Shown: positions 11,467 through 24,305 of the stretch, piece after piece
Numbering within the stretch: position 1 is the stretch's first letter
Layout of the letters: every line of letters starts with the position of its first letter
NCBI GenBank assembly: GCA_951406725.2
Contig: OX597815.1
Coordinates: 159,216,001-159,280,000 of the forward strand
Origin: Octopus vulgaris
Lineage: Eukaryota
Length of the DNA stretch: 64,000 nucleotides
Direction of reading: 5' to 3'
The notes under the pieces: model-generated
Told to the model about the DNA's origin: nothing
What the model saw: only the letters and a program-made list of their open reading frames with translations
Database searches by the model: none
Translations under genes and position numbers: made by a program

Positions 11467-11500
<34 letters not shown>

Positions 11501-12997
11501 GTGTGTGTGAGCAAGAGTTAAATTTTCATACAATTTCCAAGAGCAATGCAAAAACAGCCCTATCACACAAAACAATGAGAAAGCCTTTATACAGTTGCCT
11601 GATATGCTGGAAATAGTAGCTAAAACTCCCTCAAATCACAACATTTTCAGTTATGCAAAAATCATGACCCAAACTCAGAAGAATGTGTGGCGTTTCAGAA
11701 AGACGAAAGTAACTCCTCTTTTTGGTACGGAGAAATGAATTTAGAAAAAAAAAAAAAAAAAAAAATGAAGTCCTTATCGTCTTTCAGTAACATAATCCCA
11801 AATTGAAAGGATTATAGTTAAGCTACTATTATTTAGGTTGAATTGCAATTTAATATACTTTCAGAAACTGCCATGCATAAAGGGAGCCTCTAAACAGTCA
11901 TTTGACTGTACAAATCTATCTCAAATCACAACAGTCATTTTCAAGAATGGAAGTAGACATTGGATAATATGGATGTAGATTGGCTAGGATTACTCTTTTA
12001 CTTGTTTCAGTCATTTGACTGTGGCCATGCTGGAGCACCACATTTAGTCGAGCAAATCAATCCCAGGACTTATTCTTTGTAAGCCTAGTACTTATTCTAT
12101 TGGTCTCTTTTGCCAAACCGCTAAGTTACGGGAACATAAACACACTACCATCGGTTGTCAAGCGATGTTGGAAGGGGGGACAAACACAAACACATACACA
12201 CATATATATATATATATATATACATACATATATACAACAGGCTTCTTTCAGTTTCCACCTACGAAATCCACTCACAAAGGCTTTGGATCGGCCTGAGGCT
12301 ATAGTAGAAGGCACTTGCCCAAGGTGCCACGCAGTGGGACTGAACCTGCAACCTTGTGGTTGGTAAGCAAGCTACTTACCACACAGCCACTCCTGCGCCT
12401 TGAGAAAAAAAAAGTGTGTGTTGCGAGGGGTGGGTGTTACAGCAGTAAGTGTTTTGGACATATTTCTGTTCAATAAGGGTTGGTCTAGTGCTAAATGAAA
12501 ACAACACAATGTCTTGAGAGTTAATTTGGTAGGCAGATACTGTACAAAGCTCATTGTGTATTCACACACAGACACACACATAATCATCATGATCATTAGT
12601 TAATGTCTATATTCCAAGCTACCATGGGTTGAACAGTTTAACTGACAGATCTAATGGGCCCAAGGACTACATCATGCTCCAGTGACTGCTTCGACATGGT
12701 TCCAACAGCTGGATTGTACTTAAAAAAAGTTCCCCTCCAAGGCACAAGTTCCGGCAAGGTTGTTTGTGGAAGACCTGCAGTCATTCATGCACACCAGCTC
12801 CCCTTCTCTATGCCACCAATGTTATTCAAGGGAAAGGCAACAGCTGATACATCTTGGCACCAGTGATATTGCAACTCATTTCTGCAGTCGAGTGCATTGG
12901 AGCAATGAGAAATAAAGTGTCTTGCTCAAGAACACAACTTACAACCTGGTCTGGAAATTGAACTCACAACCTTATACACACACACACACACACACAC

Positions 12998-13355
12998 ATC
13001 ATCATTTAGCGTCCGTTCTCCATGCTAGCATGGGTTGGACGGTTCAACTGGGGTCTGTGAAGCTGGAAGGCTTCATCAGGCCCAGTCAGATCTGGCAGTG
13101 TTTCTACGGCTGGATGCCCTTCCTAACGCCAACCACTCCGTGAGTGTAGTGGGTGCTTTTTACGTGCCACCTGCACAGGTGCCAGACAGAGCTGGTAAAC
13201 GGCCACGAACGGATGGTGCTTTTACGTGTCACCGGCACGGGGCCAGGCGACGCTGGCAACGGACACGAACGGATGGTGCTTTTACGTGCCACCAACACGG
13301 GGGCCAGACAGAGCTGGCAAACGGCCACGAAACGGATGGTGCTTTTACGTGTCAT
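12998..13355 (-). mobile_element. RTE 3'-UTR fragment (representative of many tail copies)
   Basis: Reverse complement of ~7640-7945. Similar tails at approx. 1151-1196, 3333-3476, 14160-14395, 17470-17640, 18165-18600, 26385-26470, 26615-26800, 27305-27440, 28225-28505, 31405-31697, 41720-42115, 52170-52480 and 53595-53910. Confidence 0.85.
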
Positions 13356-15285
13356 ATATATACACACAGAAACACATATATATGTAGGTAAAGACCCCCT
13401 TTGTTCATGAATGACCACAGGAGTGCACCAAGAAAGTTTCCCTCTGAGGCACAAGTCCGGGCAAGGCTGTTTATGAAAGATCAGCAGTCGCCCTTGCATA
13501 CCAGCCTCTTCTCTCCATGCCACTGACATCATCCAAGAGAAAGACAATAGCTGATAGCTTGACACCAGTGATGTGGCAACTTATTTCTACAGCCGAGTGA
13601 ATTGGAACAATGTGAAATAAAGTGTTTTGCTCAAGAACACAACACACAGCCTGATCTGGGAATCAAACTCACTACTTCATGATTGTGAACCCAACTCTTT
13701 GGGTGTTTTTTCCATGTCATGAACACTACTGAGGTGCCATGCAGCTCACAAGTCTATGAACCCCGAGGGAGTGGGGGTCGACTTTCCGATGTGAGGTGTG
13801 TATGTGTGTGTGTGTGAAAGCATGCCTCTATTCTTTGTGTGTTAGCAGTTCTCAGAAAATTAATGAGTTAAAGGGTGAAGCTGTCAATTTTTCTCTCAGC
13901 AATTTCTTCCTTTGGATCTGTGCTTTCAATGTAGAATAATAAATCCCTTATTTGGAAAACAAATGAGTTAGCAACAGAAGAGCATCTAGTAGCAAAAAAA
14001 AAAACAAGGCTGACATGGGGGGAAAAAAATGGATCTAAAACAAACCAAGCAAATGAATGATTGAACAATCACACATGCATACACATCAATAAGAAAGCCT
14101 TGTTGCAGTCACTTGATCTGCTAGAAATAACAGTAAAATTTCTTTCAAATTATACACTACATCATTATCATCATCATCATCGTCTAATGTCCGTTTCCCA
14201 TGCTAGCATGGGTTGGACGGTTCGACCGGGGTCTGGGAAGCCAGGAGGCTGCACCAGGCTCCAGTCTGATCTGGCAGTGTTTCTATAGCTGGATGCCCTT
14301 CCTAACGCCAACCACTCCAAGAGTGTAGTGGGTGATTTTTACATTCCACCAGCACAGGTGCCAGGGGAGGCTGGCAGTGGCCACAATAGGTTGTACCACT
14401 TTTAAAAATGGAACATGCTAAACAATATTGTTCCTGACACATGATGTTTCAAGAACAGTTGGGGTGGTCACAAGTGGAATGTCACAGATTACAATTCATC
14501 TACATGAGATGGCTGACCTTGCTAAACAGCTTGTAGAAACTACAAAATACTAATTCTCAAGAGTTTGGCATTGTTACATGATGAAAAGAAGGCAGTATTT
14601 GCTCCAACTCTGTATGATCTAAATTCAAATACTGTCAAGGTTGATTTTGCCTTTCATTCTTTTTATTGTTAGTAGAACAAAGAAGCAGCTTAGTGCATCG
14701 GTAGAATTACTAGAGCACTTATGAGATATCTTGTATTTTGCCCAATTTTTTTGGCAATCTGAGTTCTTGGATAATCGACTTAAACTGAGATTTAGTTAGA
14801 CACAAACACCTGGCATTTTGGGTGGTTTTCATGGAGTTCAGTCTCTTGCTAGCATTTAGGCCAAGTTTGAAGGTTGAGAATAACTCACTCCAATAATTTT
14901 TTGGAGAGCGTTAAGAAATATAGAGAGATGGGTGCTGCTATTCCCTCTCTGACTAAGCACTAAAAGAAAAAATATATATACAAATAAAGAGGGAACATTT
15001 TGTAAACAAACATTAGAAGTGCAGTAGAACTGCAAAAAACAGTTAAGAAAGGTTGGGTATTTACCCTTAGAAGATGCAAAAAAAAAGTTGGTACAGAGCA
15101 CCCGGCCAGTATCAGAGAGGTATAGAGTTCGATTCTCCATAGCCGACTGAAGATAATTTTTTTTCCGTCTTCTAAGAGTAAAATACCCAATATTTCTCGG
15201 CTGTTTTCACAACTATACTGCATTTAAAACTAACTTTCTTGTCTGTAAAATAAATAAAAGAGAAGTTTCCATTTTGAATACTCAC

Positions 15286-15434
15286 TTATTTTCGAACCTA
15301 AAAACAATATAGCCAATCCGTCTGAGATGAGCGTAAACTTGGTATTGTATACGAGTTAAGGATTTTCCTAGGAATACCTGGTACCCTTCTTGAATGCTGA
15401 GTGGAACTTTCTCGTCATATACAAGAAGAGCATT
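15286..15434 (-). CDS. TSEN54: TSEN54 coding exon 5 (NALLVYDEKVPLSIQEGYQVFLGKSLTRIQYQVYAHLRRIGYIVFRFEN-K)
   Basis: Acceptor ttttccag, donor gtgagt, 149 nt. PLSIQEGY and QYQVYAHLRRIGY match recalled PLSIQEAY and QYQVFSHLKRLGY. Confidence 0.95.
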
Positions 15435-15686
15435 CTGGAAAAGAAAACAAGAATATAGAAATTTTAAGGAGTAATATGTTAGAAAATCATCTATGTTTCT
15501 ATTTTTTTATTTTATGAATATACAGATGCAAGTGTAGCTGAACCTGTCTGTATATAAGTTTCAGGTTCAGTCCCATTATGTGGTACCTTGGGCACATGTC
15601 ATCTACTATAACCTTGGTTGAGTAAAATCTTGTGAGTGGACTTATTAGCTGGAAAGTGAAGGAAGCCTGTTGTGTGTGTGCATAGG

Positions 15687-15731
<45 letters not shown>

Positions 15732-15733
<2 letters not shown>

Positions 15734-15995
15734 AGGCGCAATGGCCCAGTGGCTAGGGCAGCGGACTTGCGGTCGGAGGATCACGGTTTCGATTCCCAGA
15801 CCGGGCGTTGTGTGTTTATTGAGTGAAAACACCTAAAGCTCCACAAAGCTCCAGCAGAGGCTGGTTGCGACCCCTGTTGTACTCTTTCGCCCCAACTTTC
15901 TCTCACTCTTTCTTCCTGTTTCTTGAGTAATGCTGTGATGGACTGGTATTCTGTCCAGCTGGGGGGAACACATACGCCATAGAAACCGGGTACGA
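15732..15995 (+). mobile_element. SINE family D head/body with a different tail
   Basis: The first ~180 bp match 5949-6135; the tail matches the family C tail at 63418-63490. Confidence 0.8.
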
Positions 15996-16003
15996 TAATA
16001 AGA

Positions 16004-16042
<39 letters not shown>

Positions 16043-16082
16043 TATATAAATATATATATATATATATATAGATATATGTATA

Positions 16083-17385
16083 CTAGCTGTTGGACCTGGC
16101 ATTGCTTGTGTTTTCCATGTTGAGTTAAACCCACCTCTGACCTTGTATTGAAATCTTCTATGTTCCCCGTGCCAACTATTACCCATTAAGATGTTATGTC
16201 TGGTTCGGCAGGGATTTTACCCGGTTAATGCTTTCGACATATTCCTACATACTGGACTGCTCGAAATAGCAAACTTTTGGGTGTACCTTGACCCGTTGAG
16301 AGTGATGCTTGTTTATTTCTCTTTTCTTAATGCCACCCTTTGAACAAAATTGATCAGTGTGTCCAATCTCAGCAAAATCCAAAGAAAAGTGCTAAGGTTA
16401 AGCCATAAAACAGAATCCATGTGACCATTTACATGAAAATATTCCATTGACATTTAAATCCCAATAATTATATGAATAATTGATGTTTCATATGTTGAAG
16501 TGCTTAATTTTACTCATGGGTCAATTTTCTTCAAAATCAGTTCATTATTTTATTGTGAGTAAAGTTTGATAATTTCTGCCTTCCACCAGTTTAATTTTAA
16601 TTCTACTTCATGACTCTGACCATAAATTTTACCTAAACATTTCATCAAAATCAGATGAATTCTGTAAAAGTTACAGCATAAAATATTAATCCTATGGGTA
16701 ATTGCATACAAAAGCCTATTGATTTCTTAAAATTCTCTCCTCACATGCAATTATTAATTTTTTGTCAACTCTTCATGCTGGCATCAACTAATGGACAGGA
16801 ACTGTAATCATGTGTAAAATTTCTACAAAATCGATAAGAATGTCTCCAAGGAAATGCTTATTTGCATTTGTGCCCTTTTGAATAAAATAAACACCTTTAG
16901 CGTCTCCCTCACCACAAAATTTACCTACATCTCAAATTTCATTGAAATCAGATATAAATTATAAAAGTTATGGCCAAAAATAAAATCCCTAAGGGTATTT
17001 TCACACAAAAAGCCTATCGATTTTTATAAAACCACTGCTCTGGTGCAACTATCGATTTTTTGTCAATGCCATATACTGACATGATCCTCACTCACTCATC
17101 GATTTTCATCAAAATCGGACAAAAAATGCAAAAGCTGCAGGGAAAATAACATTGTTATGGGAATTTCCATTCAAACGCCTGATTGAGCTCACAAAAAGTC
17201 GATACCAACTGAGCATCATTGAGTTTGTGAAAAATTCCAGCAGCCTTATTTGAACTTCAGGGCATGTAATCTACCTATGTGCCAAAAATCATTTAAATTG
17301 GTTGGATGGTATGGGAGGAGTTAGAGTAACCCCAAACATACACATAGACAGACACCATTACACATTTATTTTTGTATATATATAT
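16083..17385 (-). mobile_element. Probable non-autonomous Helitron with internal diverged repeats
   Basis: Left end ACTAGCTGTTGGACCTGGCATTGC resembles 47757-47785; the right end is ACAGACA..TTTATTTTTGTATATA. TTCATCAAAATC motifs recur, with a ~290-bp internal repeat (16625-16800 vs 16915-17080). Confidence 0.5.
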
Positions 17386-19839
17386 ACATATATATACACG
17401 AGGTCTGATCAACAAGCATCCAGACTGTTGCTATAGTAATGAAGCTAAAGCATGCTTGGCAAAAATTTAACATCATTTAACATCTATGGACAGTGTGGCA
17501 TGGATCCAATGAGTCTAAGGAATGCAACATGCCCCAGTGGCATGGTTTCTACAGCTTGATGCCCTTCCAAATACCAACCACCTTGCTTTGTGTACTACAA
17601 AAATTATTGAGGTCACTACATTGCTTGCAAGTCAACAAACCCAAGGAGAGAAGCTGCTTCATCTATATGTTAGAGAGGGGTTAAGGTATGAGGGAAGATG
17701 TTGGTGTGTGTCTGTGTATTTGTCTCCTTGTCTTGAAATCATGTGATAATTGTAAATGAGTGTGACTTTTGTACAAGCAGTACAAAAGGATGTAACTGAA
17801 CACCACGGTATTTCATCTCCAACGTCTTTACCTTTCTTTTCAGCTTTACTGGGATTATTTCCATCCATCATCTCTTATATAAAGTGTGTAGCCATGTATC
17901 TCCTCTACAACAAGAAACCTGTTACAACCTCTTCCTTCATTTCATGTGACTCCAGTCCACTCAGCTGGTAAAAATGAGTAATCCTGCAATGGGCTTGTGT
18001 CCAATCCAGGAGGGGAACTTATATTACCATAGAAACCAGCTCTTATGTCCTGGCATGACTTGAAAAGATAACTTTACCTTTTTTCATACTTTAACCTTTC
18101 ATTGCCTAATATAAAGCTGCTGCCCTCTCAACTGTAGCTCTACTCCATTGATAAGATCTTAGTCTTGCAAGCTACATTATGAGCTACATGTCAATTGTGC
18201 TGGTGACATGAAAAAAAGCACTTTGAACAAAACTGATCAGTGGTGTCCAATCTCAGCAAAATCCGAAGAAAAGTGCTAAGGTTAAGTCATAAAACAGAAT
18301 CCATATAATAATGACCTGATTTTGAAGAAAATTGACCCATGAGTAAAATTAAGCACTTCAACATATGAAACATCAATTATTCATATAATTATTGGGATTT
18401 AAATGTCAATGGAATATTTTCATGTAAATGGTCATATGGATTCTGTGTGAAGTGACTGGCATTAAGAAAAGCAAATAAGCTGTACAAAAGGTGCCAAAGT
18501 AGACGTTGGAGTGCAACACAGTCCTCTCACTCAGCAGATACTGCCAGACCATCCAAGCCATGCCAGCATAGAAGACAGATGCTAAAAGACGATGCTGATG
18601 AGGTGGGAGCTTGTATCTAGAATTTATAACTCTGGATATGCAGCACCAACCTGCATTATCAACAACTCTTCCTTCTCTGAGATGAAGTGATTTTCAAAAT
18701 ATATTTCTCTCCAATAGTGAATTTTCCAGTACCAGAAGCAGTTGTTTAAACTGAGCAAGAAACCAAAATGCCAGGACAAAAAGTTTATTATGATCTTTAT
18801 TTAAAAGTTCTTCAACTGAACATCACAATTATCTTACAATGATGAATTGACCAGCAGAGGCCACACTTACTGTACTATCTCCTTGAACTTAAATGCGACA
18901 AATGTATATATGATAATGATTGAAGAAGTACGGTACTGTGTCCAGTTTATTTTTTTCCCAACGTTATTAAAAAAATTCATATTACTTTGAATAAATTATG
19001 AATGAATATTAAAAATTTTAAACTATAAAGTTTATTTGTATATTAAACATAAATTATAATGCTTAATATTACAAGATTCATTTCTGTTATAAATGTCAAC
19101 TTCCGTTTGAATTCAATATGTAAACAAATAGTTTTATTTCGCATTTGTAAAAAAATGTAATAAAGTGAAAAAAAAAAGGAACTCAACAAAACAAGTGAGT
19201 AAATTATTTTTAAAAGTATTACGTTGTGCAAAAATAATAAGTCCTGTCTAACAGAATTAAGTTTTCGAATTGTATTTGATTCGGTTGTGCTGGGGTACCA
19301 CCTTGAAATTATTTAGTCAATAATATCATCTCCCAACACATTTCTTCGCACATGGTCAGATGTAGGTTGCATTATCAAGAGCGTCACAAAAAGAAATAAA
19401 AATATTAACTGAGGTCAATGAAAAGGGTCCATTTGCTGACAGTTGTGTCAGCAAAAAAATTCTACAGTGATATGAGACATTCATTACTATCTTTTAATTG
19501 AAATATATCTAAGTTGCTTTTTAATTGCTAGGTAAGGGGCACTAGAAAAATTTAAGACGTCTATAAGTGAATATAATGAAACAACAATATAACAAAACTC
19601 ATCTCTTCATATTGGTAAATGTAATTCATTAATTCCCACCAGAACATCTACTTCTAAATTCACTCAAGTGAAGATTAATGAACATTTTCCCTTGATAATC
19701 TTATCTCTTTCCCAAATTTTATTATCGACTTTTTAAAATGTATCATGAATTATTTTACTGATTACAGAATAAACTACAACAGAGTCTTTGTTCAATTCAT
19801 GAGCATATTGCCAATTTACTTTATAATTTATGTATCATA

Positions 19840-19909
19840 TCTATATACAATATCGATACGCAACAGATATGCCAGCAGGAAACCGCCTGAAGGGCGGTTT
19901 TTCTTCTAG
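19840..19909 (+). mobile_element. Minimal (70-bp) Helitron-like element
   Basis: A|TCTATATAC start, hairpin AAACCGCC-tgaag-GGCGGTTT, then CTAG|T end. Confidence 0.6.
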
Positions 19910-22900
19910 TAATAACAATAATCCTTTCTACTATAGGCACAAAGCCTGAAATTTAGGGGAGAAGGGGAATCAATTACAGTGACCCCAGCGCTCAGCTGGT
20001 ACTTAATTTCTCGATCCTGAAAGGATGAAAGACAAAGTCGACTTTGGTAGAATTTGAACTCAGAATGTAAAGACAGTTAAAATGCTGCTAAACATTTTGC
20101 TCAGCGTTCAAACAGTTCTGCCCTAATGATAAGATAATTTGGGAAAATGTTTTTATCATATTTCCAAGTTAGTTATTAGAAATGAACTTGAAATGTTATT
20201 GTTTATAATAAAATAGATACAAGAAACTTAGTTGATGAAGCAATTAATCCTCAATTCTTTGTTTACGAGAGAAAATGTTTAAAATGACACAACTTGCCCA
20301 CAGAAAACGAAAAAAAAAAGGGTTAGTGTAGAGTTATTCCCCCTTGATCTTTTAGAACTTAAAATTCTCACCTGTTCAGCGATTAATTCATGAATAAATG
20401 CAAATAAAAAACAAAATGGATGCAAAACAGTGGGAAAAATGCACGAAGCCAACTTAATATTTTACAAATCTTTTACTATATAGCTTTTGGCTCGTAAGTT
20501 ATGGCCATTCTGGTGTCACCGCTTCACATGCATGAGAAAATTTTGATTGAATGAATTGACTCCAGTACTTTTTGTTAAATCTGTTACTTACTCTATCAGT
20601 TCTCTTTTGCTGAACTGCTGAATTATGGGAATGTAAACACACCAACACTGGTTGTCAAACAATGGTGGGAGATACAGACTCGAAGACACACACACACACA
20701 CATGTCGAACTGCTAATCCCTGCACATTTTTCTCTCTCTTTTTTTTTTTTTCATTCTCACTCCATTTTTTACCTCTCAGCCCTTTTTGTTGAAGAGCATA
20801 GGCTGGAAATGTCAAAGACTTTTCTACTCTTCCTGAGCATTAAATTTCATCTTTTGTTTTCCGTAATATATATATATACACACACGATAGGCTTCTCTCA
20901 GTCTCTGTCTACCAAATCCACTCACATGGGTTTGGTCAACCAGAGGCTATAGAAGAAAACACTCGGCCAAGGTGCATTGCAGTAGGACTGAACCTGGAAT
21001 CATGTGGTTCAGAAGCAAGATTCTTACCACAGAGCCATGCCAACAATTATCAATTTTTTAAAGATTTTATTTTTTACTGTATACATCACCCCCATCTCAA
21101 TAGAATCTATTTCTTTATGGGATGACAGATGAGGGCCAAGTTTCCCAGACCAGAATCGATTACTACATTTTCTATTTCATACCATTTTTCTTTACTAGCA
21201 CTAAAAGGAAATCTAGTGATATATGTCTAGGTATGGCGAACTGAAACGGATAAGCAAATCTATATGGAGACATAGTTCATTGCATAACCCTTTCTGTGTG
21301 ACCTAAGAATCTTCACAGTGGATGTCATTCTGGCTGGAGAATCATGTAGATTTCTTTGTTGACATTCATCAACTTTTACTCTTTAGCATTTGGATTTCTC
21401 TATCAAATGTAAAACCTATTTTATTCTCTTACTTGTTTTAGTCATTTGAATGTGGCCCTTAAAGGGTGTTAGTCCGAAAAAATCAATCCCCAGGACTTAT
21501 TCTTTGTAAGCCTAGTAATTCTATGGTCTCTGTTGCCAAACTGCTAAGTTACAGGGACATAAACACACCATCATCGGTTGTCAAGCGATGGCAGGGGAAC
21601 AAGCACACACACACGACGGGCTACTTTCAGTTTCTGCCTACTAAATTTACTCACAAGGCATTGGTTGGCCTGAGGCTATAGTGGAAGGCACTTGCTCAAA
21701 GTGCTACACAGTGGAACTGAACTCGGAACCATGTGGTTGGGAAACAAGCTTGTTACCACACCGCCACACCTGTGCCTTTATTCACATCGTTTTGAAGCAA
21801 TCATGTATTACCATGGTGTACTGAGATTTTGATCATATGATTGTTTATTTTTAGAGTAACATTGTAGCATAGGTGTGTGATGTCAGAATCTAGCTAATTT
21901 GAACCTAAAACAGGTAGAATATTTTGAATGGATATGGATTAAATTCCAACCAATTCTTAAAATACTATCCTTTCTTTGGTGCTCCAGCATGGCCATAGCC
22001 TTAGGGCTGAAACCTGTAAAAGAATAACCATTGACACATGTTTGTTTAGTGACATTTCCTCAAGAAACTTTCGGAAATAAAAGGGTTTGGACTCCATCAG
22101 GTACATCTACCAAACCCATATTAAGTGTATGAAAAATCTCTCGGTCTTTATTATCTGCTGTTTGTTCACAAAGGTCCTACTTTCTGAATAACAGGATGAA
22201 ATTACATGGGGATTAAAACATATCTAGAGTTACTGTGCATGTTGAAGATCAGATTAAATTAACATTAAATGAATAATAATCTAATGTTAATTAAAATTTT
22301 AGAGTTGCTGATATTTTGCTGTGACTAGATTGATTGATATTAGTTTTTGTCTTAATATTTTCCTCTCCTTATTGCAGTGGTAATTCAAATTAAGTAGAAT
22401 TTTTTAGGGGATAAATAATGTTTGACAAAAAGCTTTGAACAATGTAGGTCACAAGAAAATATATTGCGTTAACTTACGTAAGTTGTTTAATGATCCTAAA
22501 ATATTTCAGAAAAAATTCCCCAAATTGTGTTGTTACTGGTAGGCCAGAGTGGCAGTGGAATCAGATCTTACTTTGAGTTACTGCTTGTCTAAGAGGCTAA
22601 CTCTGAACAGGAGCTGACTCAGACCATAACATGTTTAACCAATGCCAACATAAAAAGCAGATGTAAAATGATAATAATGAGAAGGGACGAAGGACTACAA
22701 CTTTAATATTTGACTAAGAGAATGCAAGAGGAGAGATTCAATGGTAATCACTACTAAATTTTTTGAAGTACCAAAATTACAATATGTGTTTGAGAACATG
22801 ACTTTTGAATACTCATGTTCCATCATGTAAGATGACTTTCAACTGCAGCTTCTGATGGTGGAATGAGGTAAACTCTTAAACAAAGTGTGGATCTTGGTAC

Positions 22901-23256
22901 TAAATACAGAAAGAGTGTATCTGAGCATAAAAACTGTTGGTTCTTGTGCATCTTTGAATTTCATACAGCAACTGCATAGTTTTAAGGCTTGTATGATATA
23001 ACTTGTATGCTTAGTAAAATATTGTTGTTACAGCTACTTATTCCTTGTCATGTAATCAACAAATTTTCACAACAGCTTCAGGCTGACCAAGTGCAATGAA
23101 GATGGGACTTTTCTTTAGGACAGAGTTGATTTGGTTGAGTACAGCAAGTAAAGTGTGCAACCAAGATGCATACATAAATGAACTTCAAGATGCTTTAGAC
23201 TTGTTCTTTGTAAACTAAGGCTCTTCTGCCTGTTTTCAAATTATCTGTAACTTTAA

Positions 23257-23486
23257 CCCTTTTGTTACCAACCCTGCTGAAACCAGCTCTGGCTCTGTAG
23301 TACAAATGTCTTGTTTTCATAAGGTTTGAATTAAAATCTTCCACCAAACCATAGTCACAATTTATGTTCCTAACACTAGCTTATAAGTCCTAACACTAAC
23401 TAAGTTATTTTACTAAATTCTTTGTTATATCTAAAGCAATTGAAAGAAACACAGAACATCTCAAAATAAATACAGTAATGAAAGGG
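23257..23486. mobile_element. piggyBac-type MITE
   Basis: TTAA|CCCTTT...AAAGGG|TTAA termini. Confidence 0.8.
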
Positions 23487-23696
23487 TTAAATAATAGTTC
23501 AAACTTCTGTGCAGCTCTGTCCATTACAAATGGTAGAGATAGGTTTTGCTCACACCAAATTAAAAATAGACATCTATTTTTCTTTTCCCCCTCATACTTA
23601 AAATGCCTTATTCAGAAAAAAGCATATTTTCTGTAACAGCAGATTTTCAGTTTGTATAATTGTAATTTTCAAAGAACTTTTATTCTGCCAGACAAT

Positions 23697-24305
23697 CATT
23701 TGTAATACCAGTGAATATTTATTTATAGTTTTCCTATATATCAGTGATAGCAAATTTTCTCTAAGCATGTAATTGGCATTGAGTACACACTATTGACAAT
23801 GTTCAACAAAGCAGAAATATAGTTAGCATTCTCACTATCTGTTACAGGGATGAGTTTTGTCTCCCTCTAATATATATTGTGCTTTTAAACACAATAAACA
23901 CATCCATAAAAAATATTATCTCGGGGTGAATATCACAGTAAATTTGCCTTCCATGATGTAATTACATTAAGTTTGATATGCAGATGACTATTTAAATTTA
24001 ATACTGCTTCTGATGTAGATAACAGATTTTTAATCAGCTAGGTGGCTATTTGCAACACCAGTGAATATTTATTCATTATTTTCCTATACAGCAGTGATGA
24101 CAAATTTTCTCTAAAATGGCTTTGAGTACAATCTATTGACTCTGCTCAGAAATATATCTAGCCTTCTATCTGCTGCTGGGACAATTTTTATCTCCCTCCA
24201 ATATATGTTGTGCATTATAAGGGATGTTATTTATGGATGAATACTGCTGTGCTGTAAATCATGATGTAATTTATATCAAATCACATATGTAAATGGCCAT
24301 TTAAA
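23697..24305. repeat. Old diverged tandem duplication (~350-bp period)
   Basis: ATTTGTAATACCAGTGAATATTTATT at ~23698 recurs as ATTTGCAACACCAGTGAATATTTATT at ~24048, with collinear similarity for ~260 bp. Confidence 0.8.

Noticed and set aside
19880-19905. GC hairpin plus T-run resembling a bacterial intrinsic terminator
   Set aside because: The context is a eukaryotic intron; it is better explained as a Helitron 3' hairpin before CTAG.
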